DNA of 63,917 nucleotides, the filler included. It is 5 parts of 5 records of this genome, joined end to end, with 100 filler letters (N's around TTAATTAATTAA, not from the genome) between each part and the next. Parts side by side here need not be neighbours in the genome. Positions count along the whole stretch, not along the records: positions 34,138 to 49,747 come from DRR723986_5237; positions 49,848 to 58,638 come from DRR723986_5244; 3 more parts are not named here. One strand, written 5' to 3'. Below are positions 48,164 through 58,738 of this stretch, one piece after another; the first letter of the stretch is position 1, and every line of letters begins with the position of its first letter. Made by a program: the position numbers and the translations under genes. The notes under the pieces are model-generated. The model had not been told where the DNA came from. It was given only the letters and a program-made list of their open reading frames with translations, and made no database searches.

Positions 48164-49195
48164 TCAACCTTCCCGCAACGCCTTAAGGTAACGCCTGCGG
48201 TTGGCCTCTGGCGTAACGGCGTCAGCCGGTGCAACCGGAACAAGGGCTGCAAATCCGTTGACGCCGATCAGCATCAGCCAGGTCACGATCACGAAGGTCG
48301 AGGTGAGCACCGGCATGCCGATGGGCTCCAGAAAGATCGCAACGGACGCCCAGAGCCAGGTCGACACAACAACGCCAAACAGTGTGTAGAGCGCGGAGGC
48401 TGGCGTCAGCACCAGGAAGAAGCCCCCGAGCGCGATCGCCGTCAGGGCCGCGTTATAGCCGAACAGGCCGTCACTGATCGCCCCTTCCGGCGCACCGTAA
48501 ACAACGGCGACAAAGGCTGCCACATTGGCCCCGAGCAGCGCCATGAGCGCACTGACACGTGAATTCACCGCAATGCCGAGCACGATCAGGTAACCGCTGA
48601 TCCAGTTGTCCTGAAAGAAGATCTGGCCGATGGCATTGCCGATGCCCTTGTACCAGGTCGCCAGAGTGTACTGGACCGTGCCGTCATACTGGGTGGGCGA
48701 AACAGGCTTGGCGAGCGGGCCGGCATCGATGCTGTGAAACTTCAGGACGGCAAACAGGAACAGCCAGCCGACCAGCACGAACGGCATTGTCAGCGGCGCG
48801 ACCCTATGCGGGCCAAGCAGATTTGCAAGACTGGTGAAGACCATGGCCGTCATGGCGGAACCGAACGCGATATAGACCGTCAGATAAACGGACGGAACAG
48901 CGCCGTAATGGAAATCCTCGCTTGTAAACGCAATCAACGCCAGCGCGACAAGCGCTCCGTTGAAGCCGAACAGCCCGTCGCGGATCAGCCCCTTGTCCGC
49001 CTGCAGCAGAACCGCCGTCGCGGTGGAGATGACCACACCGAAAACGGCAATGGCGCCATAGATCGGCGAATTGAAGAAAAGCGCGCCCAGGATGATCAGA
49101 CCCGAGACCGGATTGTTTTGAAACACGACCTGCCCGATGCCACGCAGGCACCAGTCGACAAAACCGAAAACCGGATGTTCCTTCAATGCATTCAA
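48164..49195 (-). CDS. urea transporter (UT family)
   Basis: Duplicated motifs GIGQVVFQNNP/IGQIFFQDNW, GLFGFNGAL/GLFGYNAAL, LTMPFV/LTSTFV; TTG start after a GGGGGAAGG RBS. Confidence 0.9.
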   Translation of the reverse strand: MNALKEHPVFGFVDWCLRGIGQVVFQNNPVSGLIILGALFFNSPIYGAIAVFGVVISTATAVLLQADKGLIRDGLFGFNGALVALALIAFTSEDFHYGAVPSVYLTVYIAFGSAMTAMVFTSLANLLGPHRVAPLTMPFVLVGWLFLFAVLKFHSIDAGPLAKPVSPTQYDGTVQYTLATWYKGIGNAIGQIFFQDNWISGYLIVLGIAVNSRVSALMALLGANVAAFVAVVYGAPEGAISDGLFGYNAALTAIALGGFFLVLTPASALYTLFGVVVSTWLWASVAIFLEPIGMPVLTSTFVIVTWLMLIGVNGFAALVPVAPADAVTPEANRRRYLKALREG

Positions 49196-49632
49196 TGCCT
49201 TCCCCCCGACTGCAAGCGGCACGCGGGCACGGTAACACGGCCCGGCAGAAGGCGCGGAACTATTGACCGCGGAGATATCATTTTTTTGAAACGCAACCAG
49301 ACGTGCCTGACAGCCGGGTCCGGACGTGTCCCGTTGGGCCCGAAAAGCTTCGGGTGTGCCAGGCAGGATCTGGATGGATCGGCGCGAGACGCCAAGCGCT
49401 GGCAGGCACTGGAACTGCAGCGGAACCGAATGGTTCCACTGCAGCCAAGTTGGGTACTTGAGGCAAAGCAAAAGACGGAGAGAGCCGCTATCCGGCTTCT
49501 CCGCATAATGCTCGCTGACATTACTCCCTGGCCCCTGCAACTTCGTTCAGGTTGGGAGCCGGGTTTGTATCAATGTTTAGACGAACCTTGAAATACTGCC
49601 GATAGCGCGCGGCAAGCCGCCAATCCCGGAGC

Positions 49633-49669
49633 AAAAACAAAAAAACCAGCATTCTTTCGAATGCTGGTT
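49633..49669 (-). terminator. terminator downstream of tRNA-Gly
   Basis: Minus strand AACCAGCATTC-GAAA-GAATGCTGGTT followed by a T-rich tract. Confidence 0.85.
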
Positions 49670-49690
49670 CTCTGGACCCTTCGGTCGAAT

Positions 49691-49747
49691 TGGAGCGGGC
49701 GATGGGATTCGAACCCACGACCCCAACCTTGGCAAGGTTGTGCTCTA
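49691..49747 (-). tRNA. tRNA-Gly(GCC), 5' part cut by contig end
   Basis: Anticodon arm CAACC-TTGCCAA-GGTTG, T-loop GGTTCGAATCC, 3' GCCCGCTCCA. Confidence 0.93.
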
Positions 49748-49847
49748 NNNNNNNNNNNNNNNNNNNNNNNNNNNNNNNNNNNNNNNNNNNNTTAATTAAT
49801 TAANNNNNNNNNNNNNNNNNNNNNNNNNNNNNNNNNNNNNNNNNNNN
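49748..49847. other. artificial contig spacer
   Basis: N44-TTAATTAATTAA-N44. Confidence 0.98.
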
Positions 49848-49877
49848 GGTTACAGCTCACGCTGTAGCCCTTTTTTT
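49848..49877 (+). terminator. intrinsic terminator at contig start
   Basis: GGTTACAGC-TCAC-GCTGTAGCC-CTTTTTTT. Confidence 0.75.
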
Positions 49878-50034
49878 ATGGGTTGACCACAAGTTGACTA
49901 CACCGTAGACAAACCGCCCTCCTCTAGCTGATAAGATCCCTTCATCAAAACAAAAAAGCTCCTGCCAAGACGATGGCCAATCAATGTGAGCGGCCAGGGC
50001 CGGCTTTGTCTATGCGCTTAATAGGAACATCGCT

Positions 50035-50337
50035 TTGAAAAAGCTCATCATCCTCGTAGCCATCGCATTTACTGGATGGAAGATCTACCAGCAGTACGCC
50101 CCAGCTCCCATTGTAGAGTGGTCAAATTCCGAGACCCAAAACTCCATCCAGTACCAAACGCCGGAAGCAATGACTCGTGAGGCAACCAATGCTATGCGCT
50201 TCACCTGCGACGGTCGGGAATATTGCAGCGAAATGACATCCCGCGCGGAGGCGGAGTACTTCAATCGGTATTGCCCAAATACGAAGATGGACGGCGACAA
50301 TGACGGCATCCCATGTGAAAACGACTCCCGATTCTAA
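50035..50337 (+). CDS. excalibur calcium-binding domain protein
   Basis: N-terminal hydrophobic anchor; CDGREYCSEMTS..EA..CPNTKMDGDNDGIPCE. Confidence 0.88.
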   Translation: MKKLIILVAIAFTGWKIYQQYAPAPIVEWSNSETQNSIQYQTPEAMTREATNAMRFTCDGREYCSEMTSRAEAEYFNRYCPNTKMDGDNDGIPCENDSRF

Positions 50338-50475
50338 CAACTACAGGGCTTCGCTTTTCACAACGAGTGACGGCCGCGCCGCCTGACTCCAGGTGATCCG
50401 ATGGCGAATGGACATGGCCGCAAAAAAGTGCGGTTTAGAAGCAGCCCCAGGCTCCCTGAGGCTTGCCCGCATTGG

Positions 50476-52116
50476 CTATGCGCTTGTTTTGAAGGAAGAG
50501 ACTCTATCCTTCATTTCTGCCGCCAATCGCGCCAACTCGTGACTGGCTTCTGATGATTGCTTGGCACCGTCGAGGTTCTGACTGGAGAGATCGACAATAT
50601 GAGTAAGATTTCCACTCACTTGCTCCGCAGCAACTGACTGCTCTTCCGCTGCACTCGCGATCTGTTCGCCCATTTGCACAATGTGATCAATGGCGTCCCC
50701 GATCGAATTCAGAGTTTCGGCCACATCGTCGATCAACATGCGGTTTTCTTCCACTTGCTCTAGCCCGGACTGCATTACCGCAACGGTTGCTTTGCTTTCC
50801 TCAGTCAGGCCTTTAATCACATCGGCAATTTCCGCCGTTGATGTCTGCGTGCGTTTAGCAAGGGAGCGGACTTCATCAGCTACAACAGAGAAACCACGTC
50901 CATGCTCTCCAGCTCTTGCTGCTTCAATTGCCGCGTTCAGTGCCAAAAGATTCGTCTGATCAGCAATGTCATCGATAACCTCCGTGACCTTCTGTATTTC
51001 CAAACTCCTGTTCTCCAGGGAGCTGATCTGTTTCGCGACTCGCCGGATATCCTCAGAAAGCCGATGCAGTGCTTCTCGCCCTTTTTCACCACGCACGCGA
51101 CCTTCCACGCCTTGCTCTTTGGCTGACCGCGCAGCAGATTGGGCTTCTTCTGCGCTCCTGGCCACGTCATTGGAAGCCGCGCTCATCTGATTCATCGCTG
51201 TTGCGACCTGGTCAGTCTGATCAGACTGGGATTCAATATTTCGCTCAACACTTGAGTTTATTGAAGAAAGCTCTTCTGACGCCGTCGCCACCTCGTCAGA
51301 CACGGCGGAGAGGCGACTGATGACCTGGTCGAACTCATTTAACATGTGATTCAGAGAGTGCCCCAGTTGGGCAAGTTCGTCTTTGCCGTCAACGTGGAGA
51401 CGCTGGGAGAGATCTGATTGTTCTGCAACGGATCGCATCAGGTTTCTCATCGCATTGATGGGACCAGTGACCGACAAGATGATCAAAATGCTTGCACCAA
51501 TTGAAAGCACAGCCGCAACGACAGCGGTCGATGGATAGAGCACCTGACTCTGAGCGTAGAGTTCCCCAACCGATTGTCGTTCCTGAGCCGCAACATCGAG
51601 TTGTAGCTCGATGAGTTCGCCAATTTTCTGAGTCACAGGGTCAATAAGCTCGTAGAGGGGACCGTCAATTCGATTCAATTGGCCTTGAGCATTGGAAGGA
51701 GCGCTACGAAGGACCGCCTTTGCTTCTTGGATCCCCCGGCTCGCTCCGTCAAAAAGCGAATCCGCCTCCCTAACCAGCTCTTTTTCACGCGGAGTAAGGG
51801 ACGTCTGCGTGTATCGCTCCCAATTGGTTTCGATGCTGGACTCAGCCTCTTCAATCTGACGGAGCGCCTCACGAGGTGATATCTGTCCTGCATTTGCCTT
51901 GTTGATTGCATCAACGACGAGAACAGCATAATCATCGGAGATAAGCTTGAGATCCTTGAGCGGTACAACTCGATCATTGTAGATACTTGAAACGCCACGA
52001 TTAATGTCAGAAAACACCACGAGAGCGTATATGGAAAGGCCTGCGATAGCGGCCAGCGGAATGGATACCAAGAAAACCAATCGCAACTTGAGTGACAAAG
52101 TACTAAGGAGGTTCAT
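50476..52116 (-). CDS. methyl-accepting chemotaxis protein (4HB sensor + HAMP)
   Basis: [10 protein letters not shown] 4HB motif, [41 protein letters not shown]. Confidence 0.95.
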   Translation of the reverse strand: MNLLSTLSLKLRLVFLVSIPLAAIAGLSIYALVVFSDINRGVSSIYNDRVVPLKDLKLISDDYAVLVVDAINKANAGQISPREALRQIEEAESSIETNWERYTQTSLTPREKELVREADSLFDGASRGIQEAKAVLRSAPSNAQGQLNRIDGPLYELIDPVTQKIGELIELQLDVAAQERQSVGELYAQSQVLYPSTAVVAAVLSIGASILIILSVTGPINAMRNLMRSVAEQSDLSQRLHVDGKDELAQLGHSLNHMLNEFDQVISRLSAVSDEVATASEELSSINSSVERNIESQSDQTDQVATAMNQMSAASNDVARSAEEAQSAARSAKEQGVEGRVRGEKGREALHRLSEDIRRVAKQISSLENRSLEIQKVTEVIDDIADQTNLLALNAAIEAARAGEHGRGFSVVADEVRSLAKRTQTSTAEIADVIKGLTEESKATVAVMQSGLEQVEENRMLIDDVAETLNSIGDAIDHIVQMGEQIASAAEEQSVAAEQVSGNLTHIVDLSSQNLDGAKQSSEASHELARLAAEMKDRVSSFKTSA

Positions 52117-52323
52117 TATTCTATCCTATGCGCCGACCTCCCTTTCGCAATGAATTTCCAGTACTGAAATCATACACTAGTTCATTACATTCGGATTAAC
52201 TGTTTGTAATTTATTTATTTGATACCCAAGCTCACCGAAGTCGAATAGGCGAAGCTCTGCACTTTTCGACATAATACTGGGGCCACACTGGAAGATTCCC
52301 AACGATACCGTGATGCGAACTGG

Positions 52324-53136
52324 CTAGAACCCCAGATACCGGTGCAGCAGCAGCTCCTGATACTGATCAATGTGTTTGCTGTTGATTTCAACTATCCGGC
52401 CTGTCGCACTGAGGCGATCAAAGCATTCGTCAAACTGAGTGGCAAGCTCCTCACTTCGGAAAACCATTTTGTAAGGAGTAGGATTGAAAACCGGATAGAA
52501 TACAAAATCGTCCAGCTCTTTTGGCCAACTCTCCCCAAAACGACGGTCTGAACGGATCCGCCTGTCCAGAGTAGCCACCACGAGACCGTCGGCAAGAATG
52601 ACATCAACGCGGCCCATTAACTGCATCCGGGCGTGGATCGTCTGGTCAGTCACCTCCAGCAACAGCTCAAACTCATCCACGCGATCAGAAAGCCTGAGTA
52701 TGTCGATGCCATTCTGAAACGTAACCGCTCTTAACCCTGCCAGATCATCAATTGTCGTTATGGGACCAGCCACCGACGCGTTATAGAAAGCGCCGTTGTG
52801 GTACCAGATATAAGCGGACGTGGAGAACCCCGGTATGTCCAAAGATAGCGGGACCGTCATAACGGCATCGGCGGCACTCAGGTCGCGAAAAGTGCGGATG
52901 TGGCGACCGAAGGGCTGGTAGACAAATTCGGCTTCCCAGCCGCAGGCCTCCAGCACAGCATTCACCAATTCTACATCTCGGCCACTTTCTCCTGGCTCCG
53001 ACATCCCGGGTATGTCGGGCGCCATGACGATGAGGGGAGCCAATGGAAACGTGTCTGATTTCACTGCACCAGGGATCAACAGCAGGACATAAAAGAAAAA
53101 ACGGTACAGAGAGTCTGGTATCAAGGGATAGGCCAC
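52324..53136 (-). CDS. periplasmic substrate-binding protein (family 3-like)
   Basis: SGRDVELVNAVL, PFGR, GRVDVILAD, F...LSATG; start uncertain. Confidence 0.7.
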   Translation of the reverse strand: MAYPLIPDSLYRFFFYVLLLIPGAVKSDTFPLAPLIVMAPDIPGMSEPGESGRDVELVNAVLEACGWEAEFVYQPFGRHIRTFRDLSAADAVMTVPLSLDIPGFSTSAYIWYHNGAFYNASVAGPITTIDDLAGLRAVTFQNGIDILRLSDRVDEFELLLEVTDQTIHARMQLMGRVDVILADGLVVATLDRRIRSDRRFGESWPKELDDFVFYPVFNPTPYKMVFRSEELATQFDECFDRLSATGRIVEINSKHIDQYQELLLHRYLGF

Positions 53137-53220
53137 CGGTAACAGTTTATGCCGCTACCAAATACAGTACCTCTTTTTGAACGATTGCTCCACAAAAAAG
53201 GATAGAATCCGGGTCAGCCA

Positions 53221-53922
53221 TTACTCGCGGTCATCATAGGATTCGCAATCACGAATAGCTCTACGGAACTCCGGTGCCAATCGCCCCGCACCGAAGCGGT
53301 GTGACACATACAACGAAAGATCTACCCACGCCGCGGTTCGCACGTAGAACGGCTTTTCATACCCCGCCATCAAATGGTCGATAAGAACCGCCGGTAAAAC
53401 CACGATATCAGCGCGGCCAAGCTTCACCATATCAACGGCCTGCTTCCATTCAGCCACCATGACCGCACTGGCGTTGTCTCCCTGAAGAAACTGGTTGCCA
53501 ATGAACCGACGCACAAAGGCATAACGCAGGCCGGACACCTGGCGCAAAGGCGGATATTGCTCCAAAAACAGATACACGTACTCGGTCTGGAACAGCCTGC
53601 CACCAAATTCGGCATATTGGTCGCGGTCTGCCGTTTGCACAAGAGGTAACCCAATCGCTAATTCTCCCTTCTCCAACTGAAAGAGAATTCTCGCCAGCGG
53701 CATCTCGATAAACTGGAAGTTTCCTTCCACGCGATCAAAGACGCAGCGGTAAATGTCGGCAAAGCGGCCAACCAGCGAGCCGTTCTCAACGCCAATTTCC
53801 CGCGGGATCCCCTCAAAAACACCAACGGGATAGACGGTCTTATCAGTTACGGCACCCGATAATGAAGGTATAGTGAGAAAGTAGATTAAAACCGGCGCAA
53901 GCCAGTGCGGTATCCTGCCCAT
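53221..53922 (-). CDS. periplasmic substrate-binding protein (family 3-like)
   Basis: Signal peptide from ATG 53922, G.LVG, MPLAR, R..YAEF, GRADIVV. Confidence 0.65.
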   Translation of the reverse strand: MGRIPHWLAPVLIYFLTIPSLSGAVTDKTVYPVGVFEGIPREIGVENGSLVGRFADIYRCVFDRVEGNFQFIEMPLARILFQLEKGELAIGLPLVQTADRDQYAEFGGRLFQTEYVYLFLEQYPPLRQVSGLRYAFVRRFIGNQFLQGDNASAVMVAEWKQAVDMVKLGRADIVVLPAVLIDHLMAGYEKPFYVRTAAWVDLSLYVSHRFGAGRLAPEFRRAIRDCESYDDRE

Positions 53923-54039
53923 GTGAGCTGCTCCCTGCCCGTGCAAATCGAACGGTGGTTTCAGGGTAGTACAGAAATGCCCAGTCTGCTGGCAACACGC
54001 TGATGGAACCAACCTCTTCAATACCTGCGCACAGTGACT

Positions 54040-55236
54040 ATGCCAAAACGGAATACCGGAAAATTCGAACCAATCGCTTCTTTCTTTGACACTCATTACC
54101 TTCAGCCGGGGAAGCTTCCTGGAATGGTTACCCTGGTAGCCCGGCATGGCGAGATTCTGTGGTGTCACGCCCAGGGCCTGCGGGATGTTGAGAGAAACTT
54201 ACCGATGAACCGGGACACCCTGTTCCGCGTGTACTCCATGACCAAACCCGTCACCAGCATTGCCATGATGCAGCTGTACGAGCAGGGCAAGTTCCTGCTC
54301 AACGACCCGGTCCACAAATACATTCCAGGCTGGCGCAATCTACGCGTCTACAAGGGAGGCCGTTATCCGGATTTCGAGACCGAACCCGCGGCCTCGGTCA
54401 TGACAATCCGGGATCTGATGACCCACACCTCCGGGCTGACCTATGGCTTCACCGAGCGAACCGAGGTAGATGCCGCCTACCGCAAGCTGAAACTGGATGG
54501 CAGTACCATTCTGACTCTGGACAAGCTGGTCGACCGACTGGCCGAGTTACCTCTGGAGTTCTCTCCCGGCACTGCGTGGAACTATTCTGTGTCCACCGAT
54601 GTCCTGGGCTACCTGGTTGAGCTGCTCTCCGGCCAATCTCTGGACAGCTACTTTCAGGAGCACATCTTTGCCCCCCTGGGCATGACCGATACCGGATTTC
54701 ATGTGCGACCAGACCAGCAGGAACGCTTTGCCGCCTGCTATCTGTACCAATCCGGTAATACCATGAAACTCCAGGATGATCCGGAGCGGTCACGCTATCT
54801 GAAGGAACCAAAATTCCTGTCGGGTGGCGGCGGGCTGGTGTCCACCATAGATGATTATTTCCGCTTCGCCCAGGCCCTGTGCCAGGGTGGCGAATATCTG
54901 GGCCAGCGCATCATCGGCCGCAAAACCCTGGAGTTTATGCGCCTGAACCACCTACCGGGCGGCCAGGATCTCCCTGCCCTGTCTATTGGCAGCTTCACTG
55001 AAACACCTTATGCCGGCAGCGGCTTCGGATTAGGGTTCTCGGTCAAAACCGATATCGCCAAATCCGCCACGATTGGTTCGCCGGGAGAATTCGGCTGGGG
55101 CGGCCTGGCCAGCACCAGCTTCTTTATCGACCCGGTGGAAGATCTGGTGGTGATTTTCATGACCCAGCTGATGCCGTCTTCGTCCTACCCCATCCGACAG
55201 CAGCTCAGAGCTCTGGTATACGGTGTCCTGGACTGA
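54040..55236 (+). CDS. serine hydrolase, beta-lactamase/class C esterase family
   Basis: FRVYSMTK (SxxK), [28 protein letters not shown]. Confidence 0.92.
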   Translation: MPKRNTGKFEPIASFFDTHYLQPGKLPGMVTLVARHGEILWCHAQGLRDVERNLPMNRDTLFRVYSMTKPVTSIAMMQLYEQGKFLLNDPVHKYIPGWRNLRVYKGGRYPDFETEPAASVMTIRDLMTHTSGLTYGFTERTEVDAAYRKLKLDGSTILTLDKLVDRLAELPLEFSPGTAWNYSVSTDVLGYLVELLSGQSLDSYFQEHIFAPLGMTDTGFHVRPDQQERFAACYLYQSGNTMKLQDDPERSRYLKEPKFLSGGGGLVSTIDDYFRFAQALCQGGEYLGQRIIGRKTLEFMRLNHLPGGQDLPALSIGSFTETPYAGSGFGLGFSVKTDIAKSATIGSPGEFGWGGLASTSFFIDPVEDLVVIFMTQLMPSSSYPIRQQLRALVYGVLD

Positions 55237-55353
55237 CTCCGCGTTCCACCTTATATCGGTATAACCGCTGGAACTGTGCCGAAGCCCGAATGCCTGTGGC
55301 ATACTCGGCTCCTTAAACCAATAACGAACAATCCACCAGCAAGGAATGTTGTG

Positions 55354-56631
55354 ATGAAACCAGCTACTCTCGCGTTGCACGCCGGCTTCAAGAGCGACCC
55401 GACCACCAAGGCCGCCACCACGCCCATTTACCAGACCACGTCTTACACCTTCGACGACACCCAGCATGGTGCCGACCTGTTTGACCTGAAGGTACAGGGC
55501 AACATCTATACCCGCATCATGAACCCCACCAACGCGGTTCTGGAAGAGCGTATGGCAGCGCTGGAAGGTGGTATTGGCGCACTGGCAGTAGCGTCCGGCA
55601 TGGCGGCCATTACCTATGCCCTGCAAACCATCTGCAAGGTGGGCAACAACATTGTCAGCACCAGCCAGCTGTATGGCGGCACCTACAACCTGTTTGCCCA
55701 CTCGCTGCCCAACCAGGGCATCGAATGCAAGATGGTGCCCCACGATGATTTCGCGGCGGTAGAGAGCGCCATCGACGGCCAGACCCGGGCGCTGTTCTGT
55801 GAATCTATCGGCAACCCGGCCGGTAATGTGGTGGATATCCAGAAGTGGGCCGAGATTGCCCACAAGCACGGCATTCCGCTGATTGTCGATAACACTGTCG
55901 CCACGCCGTTTCTGTGCCGCCCGTTCGAGCATGGCGCGGATATCGTGATTCACTCGCTGACCAAGTACATCGGCGGCCACGGCACCACGGTGGCGGGTGT
56001 TGTGGTGGACTCCGGCAAGTTCGACTGGAAGGCCAGCGCCGACAAGTTCCCGATGATGAACCAGCCCGACCCCTCCTACCATGGCGTGGTTTACACCGAA
56101 GCCCTGGGCGAAGCCGCTTTTATCGGCCGCTGTCGGGTGGTACCACTTCGCAACACCGGCTCCGCCCTGTCGCCGTTCAATTCGTTCCTGATCATGCAAG
56201 GGCTGGAAACCCTGGCCCTGCGCATGGAACGCCACTGCAACAACGCCCAGAAGGTTGCCCAGTTCCTGCAGGATCATCCCGCCGTGGAATGGGTCAACTA
56301 CGCCGGCCTGGCGAACAGCCCCTATAAGGCGACCTGCGACAAGATCTGTGGAGGCAAGGCCTCCGGTATTCTCAGTTTCGGTATTAAAGGCGGCCGCGAA
56401 GCCGGCGCCAAATTCATCGATGCCCTGGATCTGATCCTGCGACTGGTGAACATTGGCGACGCCAAGTCCCTGGCTTGCCATCCGGCCACCACTACCCACC
56501 GCCAGCTCAATGCTGACGAGCTGAAAAGTGCGGGGGTCAGCGAAGACCTCGTACGGCTGTCGATCGGCATTGAAGATGCCGACGATATCATCGCCGATAT
56601 CACTCAGGCCCTGGAAAAATCCCAGGCTTGA
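55354..56631 (+). CDS. metY: O-acetylhomoserine aminocarboxypropyltransferase/sulfhydrylase
   Basis: PIYQTTSY, YTRIMNPT, HSLTKYIGGHG (PLP Lys), NIGDAKSL..HPATTTHRQL. Confidence 0.93.
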   Translation: MKPATLALHAGFKSDPTTKAATTPIYQTTSYTFDDTQHGADLFDLKVQGNIYTRIMNPTNAVLEERMAALEGGIGALAVASGMAAITYALQTICKVGNNIVSTSQLYGGTYNLFAHSLPNQGIECKMVPHDDFAAVESAIDGQTRALFCESIGNPAGNVVDIQKWAEIAHKHGIPLIVDNTVATPFLCRPFEHGADIVIHSLTKYIGGHGTTVAGVVVDSGKFDWKASADKFPMMNQPDPSYHGVVYTEALGEAAFIGRCRVVPLRNTGSALSPFNSFLIMQGLETLALRMERHCNNAQKVAQFLQDHPAVEWVNYAGLANSPYKATCDKICGGKASGILSFGIKGGREAGAKFIDALDLILRLVNIGDAKSLACHPATTTHRQLNADELKSAGVSEDLVRLSIGIEDADDIIADITQALEKSQA

Positions 56632-56640
56632 TTTCCCTCA

Positions 56641-56668
56641 ACCGGGTACGACCAAAGTCGTGCCCGGT
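56641..56668. terminator. 12-bp stem-loop after metY
   Basis: ACCGGGTACGAC-CAAA-GTCGTGCCCGGT; no clear U-tract. Confidence 0.45.
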
Positions 56669-56761
56669 AACCCCGTGATTGCCCCTACCTGCCTTGTAAC
56701 TGCCCTGCCTGCCGATTACTCTTAAAGGTTCACCACACCCTTATCCGAGAGTTCCTGGCCA

Positions 56762-57808
56762 ATGAGCGAAAGCGCAAAGCCCCGCATTACCAGTGGTTCC
56801 AAATTCCGTAACGAACACGGCTTCTCCGCCATCAAGGACGGCGTCAAGCGTTCATCATCAAACACGGAAGGCAAATCTCTGGAGCGCAAGCCGAAATGGC
56901 TGAGGGCGCGCATGCCGGGTGGCGAGCGCTACGATGCCGTGCGCCGGAACGTAACCGAGCACCGGCTGAGCACCGTCTGCCAGGAATCACATTGCCCCAA
57001 CATTGGCGAATGCTGGACCAACGGCACCGCCACCATCATGGTGATGGGCTCTGTGTGCACCCGGGCCTGCAAATTCTGCGCAGTCGACACCGGCAACCCG
57101 AAAGGCTGGCTTGACCCGGAAGAGCCTGAAAACACCGCCAAGTCTGTGGAACTGATGGGCCTGCGCTACATCGTGCTGACGTCGGTAGACCGTGACGACT
57201 TGCCCGACGGCGGCGCCGCGCACTACGCGGCCTGTGTCTCGGCCATCAAACAGCGTACCCCGGAGGTGGCGGTAGAAGCCCTGACCCCGGACTTTGATGC
57301 AGTAATGAGCGACGTGGAAAAAGTGGTGGATTCCGGGCTGGACGTTTTCGCCCAGAACGTGGAAACCGTCAAGCGCCTGACCAGTCGTGTGCGAGACCCC
57401 CGTGCCGGTTACGAAAAAACCCTGAGCGTACTGGCCCACGCCAAGAAACATCGGCCAGATGTGCTCACCAAAACCAGCCTGATGCTGGGTCTGGGTGAAA
57501 CCGAAGAGGAAATCCTTGAAACCATGGACGATCTGCGCGCCATTGGTGTGGATATTCTCACCCTGGGCCAGTACCTGCGCCCCACGCCGAACCACCTGCC
57601 GGTGGAGCGCTACGTCACCCCGGAAGAATTCAACCGTTACCGCGACATTGGTCTGGAAAAAGGTTTCATGGAAGTGCCGTCCGGCCCCATGGTTCGCTCC
57701 AGCTACCGGGCCGACCGGGTATTCGACAAGAACAATCTGGGCCTGAGCGTGCCGGAGGTTCCCGTGCCCGACAAGGCGATGCAGATTCCGGTCAAGGCCG
57801 TTGACTGA
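56762..57808 (+). CDS. lipA: lipoyl synthase
   Basis: [12 protein letters not shown] (CX4CX5C), CTRACKFC radical SAM motif, RSSY. Confidence 0.97.
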   Translation: MSESAKPRITSGSKFRNEHGFSAIKDGVKRSSSNTEGKSLERKPKWLRARMPGGERYDAVRRNVTEHRLSTVCQESHCPNIGECWTNGTATIMVMGSVCTRACKFCAVDTGNPKGWLDPEEPENTAKSVELMGLRYIVLTSVDRDDLPDGGAAHYAACVSAIKQRTPEVAVEALTPDFDAVMSDVEKVVDSGLDVFAQNVETVKRLTSRVRDPRAGYEKTLSVLAHAKKHRPDVLTKTSLMLGLGETEEEILETMDDLRAIGVDILTLGQYLRPTPNHLPVERYVTPEEFNRYRDIGLEKGFMEVPSGPMVRSSYRADRVFDKNNLGLSVPEVPVPDKAMQIPVKAVD

Positions 57809-57817
57809 GAGCCGCCA

Positions 57818-58638
57818 ATGCTGACCCTGTTGCGAAATATCCGGCTGAAGTACAAATTCTGGTTGCTGAATATTCTCGTGTTTGCGGTGCTGTGTCTGCT
57901 GGTGCTCTATGCCATGCAGGTGATCGCGGGCCAGACCGAATCCAGCTTCAGCCAGGTATTTGCAGACACCGCGCCGGCCTTTGCACTGATCGTGGCGGTG
58001 CTCATGACGCTGGAGATGGCCGGTTCCCAACTGCTGATTTCCTTTATCGAACGCCATGTTAACCGGCTCAAGGACACCATGGTTGCGGTGCAGACCAGCG
58101 GCGACCTGAGCCGTCGGGCCGACGTCGACTCCCGGGATGAAATTGGCGAAATGGCCGCTGCCTTCAATGCGATGCAGGATCGTACATCTGATGTCGTTCG
58201 CAGCATGAAAACGGCCACCGAGCACCTGCACCAGGAGGTCGAATCTCTCACCAAGCGGGCCGCCGCACGCAGGGACAGCCTCACGCGGCAACAGGAAGGC
58301 GCCAACCGCTCAGCCGAATCCGTTGAGGCCATGCTGCAAAGCTTTGTCGGCATTGCCGAACAGGCAGGCATTGCCAAAACCCTGTCCACAGAAGCCCGGG
58401 AGACTGCGGTAAATGGCAGCCAGCGGGTCAGCCAGAGCGCCGACAGCATTCGCAGGCTGGCGGGCGTGGTTCGCCAGTCCGCTGGCAGCGTGCAGTCACT
58501 GGCCGAAAACAGCCATGAGATTGGCCAGACCATTACCGAAATCAAGGGCATTGCCGAGCAAACCAACCTGCTGGCCCTCAATGCCGCCATAGAAGCCGCC
58601 CGCGCCGGCGAACAGGGCCGGGGCTTTGCGGTGGTTGC
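57818..58638 (+). CDS. methyl-accepting chemotaxis protein lacking a periplasmic sensor domain, truncated
   Basis: Two TMs with a ~16-aa loop, HAMP ([11 protein letters not shown]), [26 protein letters not shown]. Confidence 0.9.
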
Positions 58639-58738
58639 NNNNNNNNNNNNNNNNNNNNNNNNNNNNNNNNNNNNNNNNNNNNTTAATTAATTAANNNNNN
58701 NNNNNNNNNNNNNNNNNNNNNNNNNNNNNNNNNNNNNN
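58639..58738. other. artificial contig spacer
   Basis: N44-TTAATTAATTAA-N44. Confidence 0.98.

Noticed and set aside
49691-49902. tRNA-Gly apparently adjacent to att-like repeats and island genes
   Set aside because: They are separated by an artificial spacer and belong to different contigs and probably different organisms
55237-55353. Possible SAM/SAH riboswitch upstream of metY
   Set aside because: Only one modest hairpin (GCCGA..ATGCC/GGCAT..TCGGC); no SAM-I, SAM-II or SAH consensus recognised
55030-58291. 489-aa and 434-aa minus-strand ORFs
   Set aside because: Antisense shadows of metY and of lipA/MCP
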